From: a virus
Reading direction: 5' to 3' (one strand)
Virus record (IMG/VR): IMGVR_UViG_3300045391_004889
Location: 1-64,000 of that record
Length of the DNA: 64,000 bases
Part shown: one piece after another, positions 1 to 9,850 of the stretch
How the letters are laid out: each line of letters opens with the position of its first letter
How positions within the stretch are numbered: position 1 is the stretch's first letter
Program-made: the position numbers and the translations under genes
Notes under the pieces: model-generated
The model's database searches: none
What the model saw: only the letters and a program-made list of their open reading frames with translations
What the model was told of the DNA's origin: nothing

Positions 1-16
1 CCACTCGGTTGAGCAC

Positions 17-46
17 GCGTGGTGGGTGGAGGCCCACCACGCTTTT
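17..46 (+). terminator. Intrinsic terminator-like hairpin
   Basis: GCGTGGTGGG-tggagg-CCCACCACGC followed by TTTT; faces the convergent minus-strand gene ending at 164. Confidence 0.6.
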
Positions 47-163
47 GCTAGGTGACTGAGTGCACCGCGCACCCGGTGGCGATCACATTCTGTGTGTGGA
101 ATTATCTACAAATTGTCCATTTTGTCCTCTTTGTCCCTCTCCTCTTCGAGAGTGACTGAGTGA

Positions 164-736
164 CTACGGGACGTCCACCACCTTGAGGGTCCAGCTGCAC
201 TCGGAGTCCACCTTCAGGTACATCGTGCCACCGTCGTGCTCGTGCGTGACGTCGCTGCCCTTCACGCCCAGCTCGTTCACGTAGTCGTCGAACAGGCCCT
301 CAGACCCCGTGACGATGAAGTTGCCCTGGTACCCGAAGCTGGCACAGTCGTACGTGTAGTGCAGGTCCCAGTCCCCGTGGACGGTGAACTTCTCCGTCGA
401 CTTGATCCCCGACCCGCGCTCCGTCAGGACGGTCACCGCTCGCGCGGGAGCCGACCTCGTCGTTCCCGTCGCGCGTGCCCCTGGGGTGGCGCTGGACTCC
501 ACCCGCACCCCACTCGCCTTGCCCCCGCCGGCTGCGGCGTACGCGAGCATCGTCACAACCGCGAACACCCCAACCACGGCGAACCCGGTCAGCAGGCACC
601 CCCTCAGTCGCCTCTTCGGCGGCGGGACCGGTGCCCCGGCCGGGGCACCCCAGTACCCAGGCGGGCCGTACGGGTACCGCCCGCCCTGCCCCGGGACGCC
701 GTTCTGCCCCTGGTTCGGGTTCCAGTTCTCACTCAT
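164..736 (-). CDS. Membrane-anchored protein (Pro/Gly-rich N-terminus, single TM helix, C-terminal beta domain)
   Basis: ORF with hydrophobic CLLTGFAVVGVFAVVTMLAYAAA; overlaps the stop of the upstream gene. Confidence 0.7.
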   Translation of the reverse strand: MSENWNPNQGQNGVPGQGGRYPYGPPGYWGAPAGAPVPPPKRRLRGCLLTGFAVVGVFAVVTMLAYAAAGGGKASGVRVESSATPGARATGTTRSAPARAVTVLTERGSGIKSTEKFTVHGDWDLHYTYDCASFGYQGNFIVTGSEGLFDDYVNELGVKGSDVTHEHDGGTMYLKVDSECSWTLKVVDVP

Positions 737-984
737 CACAGTCCTCTCACGCTGTTGATCCGTACCTGTACCGTCTTGTCGATGATCCGGTACTGGATGA
801 TGACCTCCCCGTCAGCGACGGTCGCCAGCCAGGTGTCCCGGCCACTCGTGCTCGCTCTCAGCCCGGGCGGGTGGCGCGGGTCCCTGGCCAGCTTCGGCAT
901 GTCCGCGTCGAACAGCCGCCTGGTGGGGCCGGACAACGCGCGGTACCCCGCCTGGTCGACGATCACCACGGTGTACCGGCTCAC
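736..984 (-). CDS. Small protein, possible RelE/ParE-like toxin fold
   Basis: 82 aa; LARDPRHPP...VIIQYRIIDKTVQVRINSV resembles the RelE-like pattern; 4-nt overlap with the upstream gene. Confidence 0.45.
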   Translation of the reverse strand: MSRYTVVIVDQAGYRALSGPTRRLFDADMPKLARDPRHPPGLRASTSGRDTWLATVADGEVIIQYRIIDKTVQVRINSVRGL

Positions 985-1391
985 GTCTCCTCCACCGGCA
1001 GGAAGACCTCACTCGTACCGAGGAGGCACCCCCCTCGGGTGCGCATGATCTCGTTCACGTCGAGGTCGTCTGGGACCTCCACGTTCACGTCAGCCGCCGC
1101 CGAGCGATAGTACGTCTTCGCCATCTCGCGTCGGTACGCGAGCAGCTTCTCAGGCGGAAGCGCCCACTCCGACAGCAGCACCCCGAGGTACCGCAGCGAC
1201 GTCGTGGACACGCACTCCTCGAACTCCGGCAGCAGCTCAGCGGGCAGTCGCTTCCGGATCTCCGCGACGGTGACGTCGGGGGAGATCCCCACTCTCTCCG
1301 TGCCGACCTGCACCCCCCACGTCTCCATGGCGTGCCACGGCAGCTTCTTCTCACGCCTCAGTCGCCACATCACTCTCTCCCTCTCGTCCAC
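981..1391 (-). CDS. Hypothetical protein, possible antitoxin (DUF6247-like from recall)
   Basis: TVAEIRKRLPAELLPEFEECV...LLSEWAL motif; coupled to the RelE-like ORF; start uncertain. Confidence 0.45.
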   Translation of the reverse strand: MDERERVMWRLRREKKLPWHAMETWGVQVGTERVGISPDVTVAEIRKRLPAELLPEFEECVSTTSLRYLGVLLSEWALPPEKLLAYRREMAKTYYRSAAADVNVEVPDDLDVNEIMRTRGGCLLGTSEVFLPVEET

Positions 1392-1770
1392 ACGGGTACG
1401 GCGCGTTGCACCCGCACCCCACCGGGTGTCCCTTCCCCTCCACCACGGCGGCTGTCTCCCGGGCCGCCTCGTCCAGCAGCTGGGTCACCGCACACGGCCA
1501 CGTCTCGTCACATCCCGTGCACCAGGTCGTCTTCACCCCCGGCATCGCCAGCATCAGGGGACGGATCCCCGCCGTCGGGACGTGCAGCTTCCTCAGCGCC
1601 CTCCAGGCCCACGTCGCCGTGATCGGGTCCACCGGCTTCTCGGCCATCTCAGTCCTGGCGCGGACGATCGCCTCCGCCAGCTCGTTCCTGGTCTCCACCC
1701 ACGGCCGCCACTCGCTCACCCGCGACACCTCTGCTCCCGGTTCAGCCACGACTCGTCCACCGACACCCAC
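1351..1770 (-). CDS. Hypothetical protein with Cys motif (WCTGCDETWPC)
   Basis: In the overlapping minus-strand gene chain; HxP...CxxC...WPC motif common in actinophages; start uncertain. Confidence 0.55.
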   Translation of the reverse strand: MGVGGRVVAEPGAEVSRVSEWRPWVETRNELAEAIVRARTEMAEKPVDPITATWAWRALRKLHVPTAGIRPLMLAMPGVKTTWCTGCDETWPCAVTQLLDEAARETAAVVEGKGHPVGCGCNAPYPCGREGESDVATEA

Positions 1771-2138
1771 AGCACCACGTCACACCTCTCGCACTTCCAG
1801 GCGTCGACGTACTCGTTGCTCAGCCGGGTCTCCTTGGCCAGCGGCATCTGGTGACCGAGGCGCACGAACAGCCGCGCCTTGACCTCCTTCTCGGCACTCA
1901 CCCGTCGGTCTCCCTCGCTCACTCGTTCACGTCAGCTCGACGAGCGCGAACACGCCGCACCCGCCGTCGTTCCACGACACGTGCATCAGGTTGCTGCTGT
2001 GCACGACGACGCCGTCCAGCACCCCGCCCCCGCCCCTGGACAGGTTCGACCTGAGCCGCACCGCCCGGCCGCTGAGCGCGTGCCCGTGGATGTGCACGCC
2101 CAGCTTCTCGCAGAACCTCAGGCCCTTGCCACCGCGGC

Positions 2139-2369
2139 TCACCCGCGCACCCTCCACTCCACCATGCGCGTCAGCTCATCCAGGGTCACGCCGCGACCCA
2201 GGCGCCCGAGCCTCTCCCCGAGCACCTCCCGCAGCAGCCTGGGGGCGACCAGCTCCCTCTCCCGGCTCACCAGCGCGACCAGCTTCCCGTTCTCCACCGT
2301 CACGGTCACCCCTGACACCTCTCTCAGCGCCGCCGCGACCGCCATCTTCGGCTCCCACGTGCTGCCCAT
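2139..2369 (-). CDS. Hypothetical protein
   Basis: ATG preceded by a purine-rich SD; coupled to 2369..2650. Confidence 0.5.
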   Translation of the reverse strand: MGSTWEPKMAVAAALREVSGVTVTVENGKLVALVSRERELVAPRLLREVLGERLGRLGRGVTLDELTRMVEWRVRG

Positions 2370-2650
2370 CAGCCCCTCGCCCTCCTCTCGCCTCTCGGGT
2401 TGTGCCTGCAGGTGACGCACCTGCAGTTCCTGGGTCGTCGGGTCCAGCCCGTCGCCACGTCCAGCGAGCCCCGGCGGCGCCACGCGGTGAAGCCGTAGTG
2501 GTCGCCGCCGTTCAACCAGATCGCCCGGCCCACCCTGGGGACCTCGATCTCCACCGTCGAGCCGTCCAGCCGGTTCAACGTGCCGGTGACCTGCAGCCAG
2601 CGCCAGTCACAGAGCTGCCAGCGCCGTCTCTCTCGGTTCAGCCATCGCAC
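2369..2650 (-). CDS. Hypothetical protein
   Basis: ORF in the coupled minus-strand chain. Confidence 0.5.
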   Translation of the reverse strand: MRWLNRERRRWQLCDWRWLQVTGTLNRLDGSTVEIEVPRVGRAIWLNGGDHYGFTAWRRRGSLDVATGWTRRPRNCRCVTCRHNPRGERRARG

Positions 2651-3792
2651 CCGCGGTCCACCTCCCCGAGCCTCTTCGTCACCTCGGCGGCGTCCATCTC
2701 CATCTCCTGGCCGAGCCGCGACAGCTCGTCGGCCGCCGACGCTCGCAGCAGCGTCGCCCAGGTGCGCAGGTCCCGCTGCACCTCGTTGCTCGGACGCGCC
2801 CCGGGCACCGCCCGCAGCCGGTCCAGCTGGTCGAACCAGTCCGCGAGCGCCTCCAGCCGGTCAGGTTCCACGTTGGCGCCGACGGCGTACTTGGCCACCC
2901 GCGTCCACTCCCGGAGCGTCGCCGTCTCCCGCTCGGCGCTTCCCACCCTGGCGGCGGTCACCTTGAGCTTGACGACCGCCATCAACGTGTCCATCCAGGT
3001 CACACCCGCGTCCAGCTCCAGCAGCCGGGTCAGCTGAGTGGCTCGCTTCCGGTCCACCCCGCGCTCCCCGACGGGCGCCTCCGGCTCGCTGCCCGTCTCA
3101 AGCAGGCTCTCAGCGTCCAGCGAGAGACGCTGCCTGAGCATCCCCAGCTCCCGGTCCCGCACCCTGAGGACGACCTCAGCGAGCCCCCAGGCGACCTGCC
3201 GGACCTCCTCCGAGCTCTCCTCGAACCCTGGCATCGCCCGGTCGAGCGCCGACGCGTACCGGAGCTGCACGGCGTGCCGGTCCAGGACCGACTCCCCTCG
3301 CCCCTCCGTCAGCCCGTCGCCCTGGATCAGCGTCCTCAGCCGGGCGACCTCCGCGTTCGCCGCCGCGAGCTCGTCGCGGGTGGCGCTCAGCACCTGGATC
3401 GCCTCGCGGTACGCGTCCACGAGGTTGCCGGTGCCGGTCTCAGCCCGGACCTCGCCGGCGTGGACGATCAGCTCCCTGGCCCTCTCCACGGCACGCTGCA
3501 GCGGCAGGTTGGGCTGCTCCTCGCCGGCGCCCGGCGCCAGCCGGAACACCCGCGCCAGCCCGACGCGGGTGTCCCCGCCGACCTGGGCGCGCTGCTGCAG
3601 CGCCAACCCGCGCAGCCCGGGGTCCGGTTCGGAGACCCAGGTCACCTCGATCACGGCGGTCGTCGGGGTCAACCGCCGCACCTTGCCGACGACGGTGTGC
3701 ACCCTGGGCTCGATGCGGACCCCCGCCACCCAGTCACCCACGTGCAGCGACTGGTTGGCGCCATCCGCCACACACTCGACCTTCTCGCTCAC
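2638..3792 (-). CDS. Hypothetical coiled-coil-rich protein
   Basis: 384-aa ORF with SD-like GAGAAGAGGAAAC upstream. Confidence 0.7.
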   Translation of the reverse strand: MSEKVECVADGANQSLHVGDWVAGVRIEPRVHTVVGKVRRLTPTTAVIEVTWVSEPDPGLRGLALQQRAQVGGDTRVGLARVFRLAPGAGEEQPNLPLQRAVERARELIVHAGEVRAETGTGNLVDAYREAIQVLSATRDELAAANAEVARLRTLIQGDGLTEGRGESVLDRHAVQLRYASALDRAMPGFEESSEEVRQVAWGLAEVVLRVRDRELGMLRQRLSLDAESLLETGSEPEAPVGERGVDRKRATQLTRLLELDAGVTWMDTLMAVVKLKVTAARVGSAERETATLREWTRVAKYAVGANVEPDRLEALADWFDQLDRLRAVPGARPSNEVQRDLRTWATLLRASAADELSRLGQEMEMDAAEVTKRLGEVDRGCDG

Positions 3793-3945
3793 CGTTTCCT
3801 CTTCTCGTCACCCGGACGCACGAACCGGTGCTCCCGGCGCTCCACCTTGCACCTCATGCAGCACGGCCTTCCGTCGAGGAAGCCGTGGTCACGCGCCTCG
3901 TGCCTGCAGCCGTACCTGCGGCACAGCTGCAGCTCGGGGTCCTGG

Positions 3946-4326
3946 CTACTCGCCACCCTGGGTCTCCTCCCACGCGACCTGCGGGGCGAGCCGCTCTCGC
4001 GTCTTCAGCGCCCAGCTGTCGTCCATCAGCCACAGCCAGTGCACCTGCAGGACCTCCGCCAGGAGGATGAGCCGGTCCACCGTCACCGGGACGTGGATGT
4101 GCCGCCTGCCGCCGTACGTGCCGTTGATCTCCATCGCGGAGATCATCTTCGGCGCGCACTTCCAGCCGCGAGCGGTCAGCGCCGCCGCGAGCTCGGTCTG
4201 GTTCCACCCACGTTCACGTCTGACCCGTCGGACGTTCAGCCCGACGACCGCGGAGTGGTAGCTGTCGCTTCCCGGGACGAGCGCCACGACGAGGTTCTCG
4301 ACGTCGTCCCCACGTTGCCTGGGCAT
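3946..4326 (-). CDS. Xre-family HTH DNA-binding protein
   Basis: VGLNVRRVRRERGWNQTELAAAL...ISAME; has its own promoter. Confidence 0.8.
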   Translation of the reverse strand: MPRQRGDDVENLVVALVPGSDSYHSAVVGLNVRRVRRERGWNQTELAAALTARGWKCAPKMISAMEINGTYGGRRHIHVPVTVDRLILLAEVLQVHWLWLMDDSWALKTRERLAPQVAWEETQGGE

Positions 4327-4367
4327 ACCCTGCCTCTTTCCTGTCTCGCTTCCTGACTGCTGCCCTC

Positions 4368-4396
4368 ATCGTACCAGTCAGGGTGCTGAGTGTACA
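4368..4396 (-). promoter_or_regulatory. Sigma70/HrdB-type promoter (TGTACA-N17-TACGAT)
   Basis: Member of the recurrent promoter family, followed by a purine-rich leader. Confidence 0.7.
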
Positions 4397-4414
4397 CACC
4401 CAGCACCCTGCCAG

Positions 4415-4675
4415 CTACCCGAGGTCCAGGTCAGCGTCGACGACCTCCAGCTGGACCCGCTTGCCGAGTTGCCTCAGCATCAGCTCAGCCCACTTCAGGG
4501 TGAACAGCGCCCTGCCGGACAGCATCTCGCTGACGTGAGCGCGGGAGCAGCCGACCCGCCGGGCCATCTCCACCTGGGAGATCTTCGCCACCCGCATCTC
4601 GTGCCTGACCAGGTACCGCATGCGGTACTCGGTCACCGTCTCGTTGGGCTTCCTGGCCCAGGTGGAGTCGCTCAC
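4415..4675 (-). CDS. Xre-family HTH protein
   Basis: ISQVEMARRVGCSRAHVSEMLSG. Confidence 0.75.
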   Translation of the reverse strand: MSDSTWARKPNETVTEYRMRYLVRHEMRVAKISQVEMARRVGCSRAHVSEMLSGRALFTLKWAELMLRQLGKRVQLEVVDADLDLG

Positions 4676-5040
4676 AGCCGCACGCTCCTCGTCCGCATGT
4701 CCAGCAGCTCGTCGAGCGGGTTGCGGGTGGTCCACCGGTCCGCCGGCAGCGGCCGCAGCGTCAGCTCCGACGCGATCGCCGCCTTGGTGCTCTCCAGCCA
4801 GTCACACCACCCCCGTGCGTCGGGCCGGCCCTCCGGGAGGGTCACGCACTCCAGGACGGGGTGCTGCTCCACGAGCCACGGACCGCACACGTCGGCGGCC
4901 CTGCCCAGCTGGTGGGTGTACAGCTCGTCACCCGTCAGCCAGTTCAGCAGCTCGTACAGGTCACCGATGCCGTTCTCGGCGACCATCCGGCCGGTCGTCA
5001 CCGTCAACACGGCGCCGAGTGGCCACGCTCTCTCGCTCAT
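4672..5040 (-). CDS. Hypothetical protein
   Basis: ATG with SD GAGGAAG; overlaps both neighbours. Confidence 0.65.
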   Translation of the reverse strand: MSERAWPLGAVLTVTTGRMVAENGIGDLYELLNWLTGDELYTHQLGRAADVCGPWLVEQHPVLECVTLPEGRPDARGWCDWLESTKAAIASELTLRPLPADRWTTRNPLDELLDMRTRSVRL

Positions 5041-5202
5041 CGCTTCCTCTCCTCTCGAACTGGAACCAGCTCGTTCTGGTGGTAGGTACCGACGGTGCCG
5101 TCGTCCCACTCCACCCGCCACAGCCCGCGGCGCAGGCCGGTGCACCAACCCACCTGGGTCGTTCCGGCGCTGGTCACCCGGGACACTCGCGCGCCCTTCA
5201 GG

Positions 5203-5595
5203 TCACGCTTCACCGTGCTCTCCCCTCCACTTGCCGCCCCTGCCGCTGTACCACGGCAGGGCGAGTCCGTCGTCCACCCGCCTGGGAATGACGTGCCAGT
5301 GCAGGTGGAACACGCTCTGGGTCGCCGTCGTCCCACGTGACGTGATGACGTTGACGTCCCCCATGCTCCGCTCTCGGATGAGCTGGGAGACGTTCGCGGC
5401 GGACGAGGCGGTGACCAACCCGCTGGTGCTGACGTCAGGCACGTGCTCCCGAGGGATCACCAGGAGGTGACCCTCGGTCACCGGCTTCAGGGGCACGAGG
5501 GCCAGACCGGTCGCCCACTCTCGGACGACCTCAGCCTGGGCCAGGCCCATGATGATCCGGCAGAAGACGCACGCGTCGTCCAGGGTGCGGCTCAC
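5203..5595 (-). CDS. HIT-family nucleotide hydrolase
   Basis: CVFCRII N-terminus, GHLLVIPREH, and HLHWHVIPR histidine triad. Confidence 0.9.
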   Translation of the reverse strand: MSRTLDDACVFCRIIMGLAQAEVVREWATGLALVPLKPVTEGHLLVIPREHVPDVSTSGLVTASSAANVSQLIRERSMGDVNVITSRGTTATQSVFHLHWHVIPRRVDDGLALPWYSGRGGKWRGEHGEA

Positions 5596-6230
5596 GAGCG
5601 TGTCGCCAGCATCGCGGCGTCAGACGCCTCGTTCTGCTCCACCCTGGTCCAGACACCGGGCACGTGTGGGGTGTCCCGGTGCCCCCACTCCAGACACTGG
5701 CAGGTGCGCTCCAGGTGCCAGGACCAGCAGTAGCTGGTGAGGGCGGCCACGTGCCCGCAGTCCTCGTTCCACCACTGCATGCTGGAGCAGTCGCAGAGCT
5801 CGGGGTTGTGCCACCGGCTCACCAGCCGCTCACACTTGACACACACCAGGAACGGGTTCATCAGCGTAACGAGGGTGTGTGGACCGGTGATCTCGCGGAA
5901 CCGCTCCGTCACCCACTGCCCGGCGCCGAGCTTGCCGGCGGTCATCGCGTTCTGAGTCGCGCTGTCCAGCTCCTGGTTGCGCAGCCGCGCCGCCCGCTCC
6001 CGCAGCAGCTGCATCGGCACCGCGAGCCGCTCCGCCACCGAGGCGGTGTCGAGGAACGTGTTGGTGATCTCCGTGGTCGCCAGGTGCATGGTGTTCCGAT
6101 ACGCCTCCGGCGTCATCAGGTGCTCCTGGGTCAGGATGGCCGCCATCAGGTCACTCACCGCCTCGTTTGGCGGCTCCGGGAGGTCCCGCAGGAGAGCCTC
6201 GCGCGGCTGCCGGTTCTCGGTCACGGCCAC
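5592..6230 (-). CDS. Hypothetical protein with Cys-rich C-terminal domain
   Basis: ORF in the coupled chain. Confidence 0.6.
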   Translation of the reverse strand: MAVTENRQPREALLRDLPEPPNEAVSDLMAAILTQEHLMTPEAYRNTMHLATTEITNTFLDTASVAERLAVPMQLLRERAARLRNQELDSATQNAMTAGKLGAGQWVTERFREITGPHTLVTLMNPFLVCVKCERLVSRWHNPELCDCSSMQWWNEDCGHVAALTSYCWSWHLERTCQCLEWGHRDTPHVPGVWTRVEQNEASDAAMLATRS

Positions 6231-6481
6231 GCTCCTTCCGATCGAGCGGCCTTCCTGGCCCGCATCATCTGCCGCCGGGTGATCCCCGGACGGATGAACT
6301 CCACGTCGCTGACCAGCAGTCGGGCGCTGCCCTCCGGCAGGTCCTCGCCGACGACGGTGACGATGTTTCCCATGAGGTTGACCTTCATCACCGTGCCGAT
6401 GAGCTGAGGTAGGTCCGCCGGCAACTTGACGCGCACCACGTCGTTGAGCCGCAGCCGACGGGGTCTCACCGCTCCACCCAC
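6221..6481 (-). CDS. Small SH3/KOW-like hypothetical protein
   Basis: LNDVVRVK...IGTVMKV pattern. Confidence 0.5.
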   Translation of the reverse strand: MGGAVRPRRLRLNDVVRVKLPADLPQLIGTVMKVNLMGNIVTVVGEDLPEGSARLLVSDVEFIRPGITRRQMMRARKAARSEGAWP

Positions 6482-6707
6482 TCCACGCCGCGAAGCATGG
6501 TGTCCGCGGCTCCGGGTGCCACGCCGAAGTTCTTCACCAGCCGGTCTCGCACACCCACCTGGACCGCTCGCAGGTTGCCGAGGTAGGCGGCGGTCACCGT
6601 CACGGTGACCTTCCCGCTGAACCGCGCCGCCTTCACCGTGACCCCGTTCATGGCCGGGGTCATCTCCACCGCGGTCTGCAGCAGCTCCACGGTTTCGTTC
6701 TTCCCGC

Positions 6708-7244
6708 TCACTTCTCTTCCTCCCACTGACCCGGCAGGGAGTAGACGGTCACGTCCACGCCCCGGTCCACGAGCTCTTCCTGGATGATCGGGGCGACGTC
6801 GCTCCACTGAGCGCCGCCGAGCCCACAGCCGATCCGAGGCATGACGACCCGCGCCGCGAACCGGCCGAAGTGCCCCGAGACCTTGGTGTGCAGGACCCTC
6901 AGAGACTGCTTGAGGGCCTCGGGGTCGAGAGCCTGGGGGTCATCTCCCCCGCGCCTCCAACCCCGCTGAGCGACCAGGTTGGCGACCCAGAGACGTCCCG
7001 CTCCCGGGCCGAAGGGCACCAGCTGGGCCGCTCCGAGCTGGAAGTCACCGGCGTGCGGGTCGGTCCCGAGCCGGTGCCACCGCCGGTAGGCGCGCTCCGG
7101 GCCGTCGTCCCAGTTGGTCAACGCGACGACGAAGCCGCGTCCCCACCGCCCCTCGTCGTTGACGACGTGGGCGATGGCGACGTGCTCGCCCTCGCGCCTG
7201 ACCGGCTGAGTGGCGTCCCCGGTGACGTAGTGGATCTCGCTCAC
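6708..7244 (-). CDS. Macrodomain protein (ADP-ribosyl hydrolase, TARG1/DarG-like)
   Basis: IHYVTGDAT, IAHVVNDEGRWGRGF, VANLVAQ, MPRIGCGLGG motifs; GTG start overlaps the upstream stop. Confidence 0.9.
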   Translation of the reverse strand: MSEIHYVTGDATQPVRREGEHVAIAHVVNDEGRWGRGFVVALTNWDDGPERAYRRWHRLGTDPHAGDFQLGAAQLVPFGPGAGRLWVANLVAQRGWRRGGDDPQALDPEALKQSLRVLHTKVSGHFGRFAARVVMPRIGCGLGGAQWSDVAPIIQEELVDRGVDVTVYSLPGQWEEEK

Positions 7245-7576
7245 GCCTGCACCACCCTCGGCGCCGCGTGCTGGTCCGAACGCTGCGGCTGGAACTGCAC
7301 CGTCATGACGTCCCGAGCGACGAACGAGATGTGCTCGTTGGCGCCGCGAGAGGTGATGACGTCGTCGTTGCGACGCGCCTCCCGCCACGTGGCGAGGAGC
7401 TGGCTCGGGGCGACCTCGTGCATCGTCGTCGTGAGCTTGTAGGCGTTGCCGCCGCTCTTGAGCGTGTACGTGACCAGGTAGGTTCCCACCTCGTCGAGCA
7501 CGTCACGCTGCTGAGTGAGCTCCTCGGGAAGCTGCGGCAGGTCGTTCACGCCGCGCTGCTCTCGGTCGTGCGTCAC
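7241..7576 (-). CDS. Hypothetical protein
   Basis: Coupled ORF. Confidence 0.6.
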   Translation of the reverse strand: MTHDREQRGVNDLPQLPEELTQQRDVLDEVGTYLVTYTLKSGGNAYKLTTTMHEVAPSQLLATWREARRNDDVITSRGANEHISFVARDVMTVQFQPQRSDQHAAPRVVQA

Positions 7577-7905
7577 AGCGTGTCCTCCCTCAGCAGCTCG
7601 TCCCAGTGGACGCCCAGGACTGCCGCGAGCGCCATCATGCGGTCGACGGTGACCTTGACGTAGCCACTTTGCTGTCCGGGGCGGACCTCGAAGGCCGCGG
7701 CGACGTTCCGCTCCATGAGCGACAAGCCGCTGGCGGTGATCTCGAAGCCGCGCTCACACAGAAGCGGCGCCATCTCGTCCATGCTGCGGTTCTGCTGGAT
7801 TCTCAGCCGACGGACGTTCGCACCGACGACGTAGGCCCAGTAACGCGCGCTGCGTTGCGGTTCCTTGCTCGGCTTGTGGTTCTTGTTGCTGGCGGGCATG
7901 CTCAC
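7573..7905 (-). CDS. Xre-family HTH protein (paralog of 3946..4326)
   Basis: VGANVRRLRIQQNRSMDEMA...VTVDRMMALAAVLGVHW; shares VTVDRLxxLAxVLxVHW with 3946..4326. Confidence 0.8.
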   Translation of the reverse strand: MSMPASNKNHKPSKEPQRSARYWAYVVGANVRRLRIQQNRSMDEMAPLLCERGFEITASGLSLMERNVAAAFEVRPGQQSGYVKVTVDRMMALAAVLGVHWDELLREDTL

Positions 7906-7938
7906 CCTCCTCTCTTCCTGTTCCTCTGTCCTAGGAGT

Positions 7939-7967
7939 AACCTATCAGGTTACTCGTCTCTTGTAAA
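7939..7967 (-). promoter_or_regulatory. Promoter (TTTACA-N17-TAGGTT)
   Basis: Recurrent promoter family. Confidence 0.65.
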
Positions 7968-8340
7968 CATCTAGATGAGCATCATGACGACCGGAATCGA
8001 GGCGAGTGACCCCAGGATGGCTCCGACCAGCAGCGCGGGCCACATCAGGGAGAACCAGCGGCCTCCTAGACGTGGCACCCGACTCTCAGGCTCGTCGCCC
8101 GTCAACCAATGCACCGGGTGGCGAGGAAGCTCGCCGCAGACGCGGCACAGCCACTCCTCGCCACCCAGACGCCACCAGTGTGACCCGTTCATCAGTGCCG
8201 GCGACGGTGTCGGCGCCGCCACGCCTTCATCAGCTCTTCGAGGCCGATCGCGACGAAGTTCCAGATGATCGCGATCACCAAGCTGACGAACAGCACCAGC
8301 CCGAAGATGACGAGCAGGTCACCCCAGCTCCAGCCGTAGA

Positions 8341-9387
8341 TCACAGCATCATCAGGAGCTTGGTCCCGACGAACAGCTTGCGGTTCAGGGACGTGGACTG
8401 GATGAAGACGTCGTAGTCCGCGTTGAGCTTCATCGGGTCCACCGTGACCTCGTAGTCCGGCAGCCCGATCAGCTTGCGCGCCGCGTCGCCGCTGTACGCC
8501 TTGTTGGTGGCCTTCTCCAGGACGATGACCTGCTTGTTGCCCTGGACGATCACGCCGGCGCGGCCCTTCGGCTTGCGACCGGAGTTGAGCTGGTAGTACG
8601 CCTTGCCGATCTGGTAGTTCGTGGTGCAGTTCTCCACGAACTCCTTGATCGGCATGTCCGCGGTGACCGGGATGAGCACGTAGCTCTTCGGGTCGAGCGG
8701 CGTGAGGTTGGCCGCCTTGACCGCACTCGCGTTGAGCGCGTTGGCGTCCACCTGGAACAGCGACTTGGTGCTGCGACGGCCCTGGCTGCGGCTCGTCATG
8801 TAGGTGTCGGTGGCGGCACGGATGACCTTGCCGACCTCCTCGACGCCGGTGGCACTGGTGGTGTTCCAGGTGGTGACGTTGCCCGCCGCGAAGCCGTGGC
8901 GCTTGGCCTCGTGCACGCCGGTGGCGTCCGGCACCAGGGCACCGAGCGTCCAGTTGTCCGCGAGGCCGGCGAGCGTGCGCTGCAGGTCGCCCTGACCGTG
9001 ACGACGGCTGGCGTTCTCCTGGCCGTCCGTGAGGACGTAGACCAGGAACGAGTGGTCGCCGTAGCCCTCCCAGGTGTGGGCGAGGTCCTCGATTGACGTG
9101 ACGGTGGCGTCCCGCAGGGCCGTCATGCCGCCGACGCGGTAGTGGTCCTTGATGGACGGCAGTCGCAGCACGTCCTTGTCGTAGATGACACACGACACCG
9201 TGTCCGCGAACACGTAGACGGTGACGCGGGTCTCCTGGTCCATCTCCTTGGAGCGCTGGGCCAGGTGGGCCACGAGCTCGTCGGCGACCTTCACCACGCT
9301 GTTGCGATGTCCGCTCATGGACGAGGAGCCGTCCAGGACGAGCGCGACGTGGTTGATGATGCCCTGACTGATCTTGGTGGTAAGCAT
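8341..9387 (-). CDS. vWA (MIDAS) domain protein with C-terminal extension
   Basis: VALVLDGSSSM (DxSxS), GMTALRDA, LVYVLTDGQENAS; ATG at 9387 with SD GGAAGG. Confidence 0.9.
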   Translation of the reverse strand: MLTTKISQGIINHVALVLDGSSSMSGHRNSVVKVADELVAHLAQRSKEMDQETRVTVYVFADTVSCVIYDKDVLRLPSIKDHYRVGGMTALRDATVTSIEDLAHTWEGYGDHSFLVYVLTDGQENASRRHGQGDLQRTLAGLADNWTLGALVPDATGVHEAKRHGFAAGNVTTWNTTSATGVEEVGKVIRAATDTYMTSRSQGRRSTKSLFQVDANALNASAVKAANLTPLDPKSYVLIPVTADMPIKEFVENCTTNYQIGKAYYQLNSGRKPKGRAGVIVQGNKQVIVLEKATNKAYSGDAARKLIGLPDYEVTVDPMKLNADYDVFIQSTSLNRKLFVGTKLLMML

Positions 9388-9508
9388 ACGCTTTCCTTCC
9401 CTCGGTCTCACTTGCTTCCCCCACGCGTCGCCGTGGCGGTCAGGGCGATGAAGCCCAAGATGAACGCCGTCACGACGAGCCACGGCCAGACGATCTTCCA
9501 GATGCGTC

Positions 9509-9850
9509 TCACCGCTCTCCCTCCAGCCACGCGAGGCCGGCCAGCGCCTGGTGGCGCAGGCCGACCCCACGGGCGATCCCGCTGTGCGGCACCCACGACC
9601 CGGCCCAGTCACAGCCCGCACAGTCCGTCCACGCCACCTCGGATGTGAACTTGAGCACGATGCGGTGACCGAGCTTCGACCCGAGCTTCGCCAGAAGCGC
9701 GTGCCGCACGGCGACCATCATCATCCGACGGCGCACCTGGTGGTACGCGTCGGTGTGAGGCACCCAGCTCATGCCACCCCACATCAGTGAACCACCACAG
9801 CCGTCACAGACGCCGTAGGTGCTCGTCGTCGGGTCGGGTGCCCTGGTCAC
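9509..9850 (-). CDS. Hypothetical Cys-containing protein
   Basis: ORF in the coupled chain. Confidence 0.5.
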   Translation of the reverse strand: MTRAPDPTTSTYGVCDGCGGSLMWGGMSWVPHTDAYHQVRRRMMMVAVRHALLAKLGSKLGHRIVLKFTSEVAWTDCAGCDWAGSWVPHSGIARGVGLRHQALAGLAWLEGER

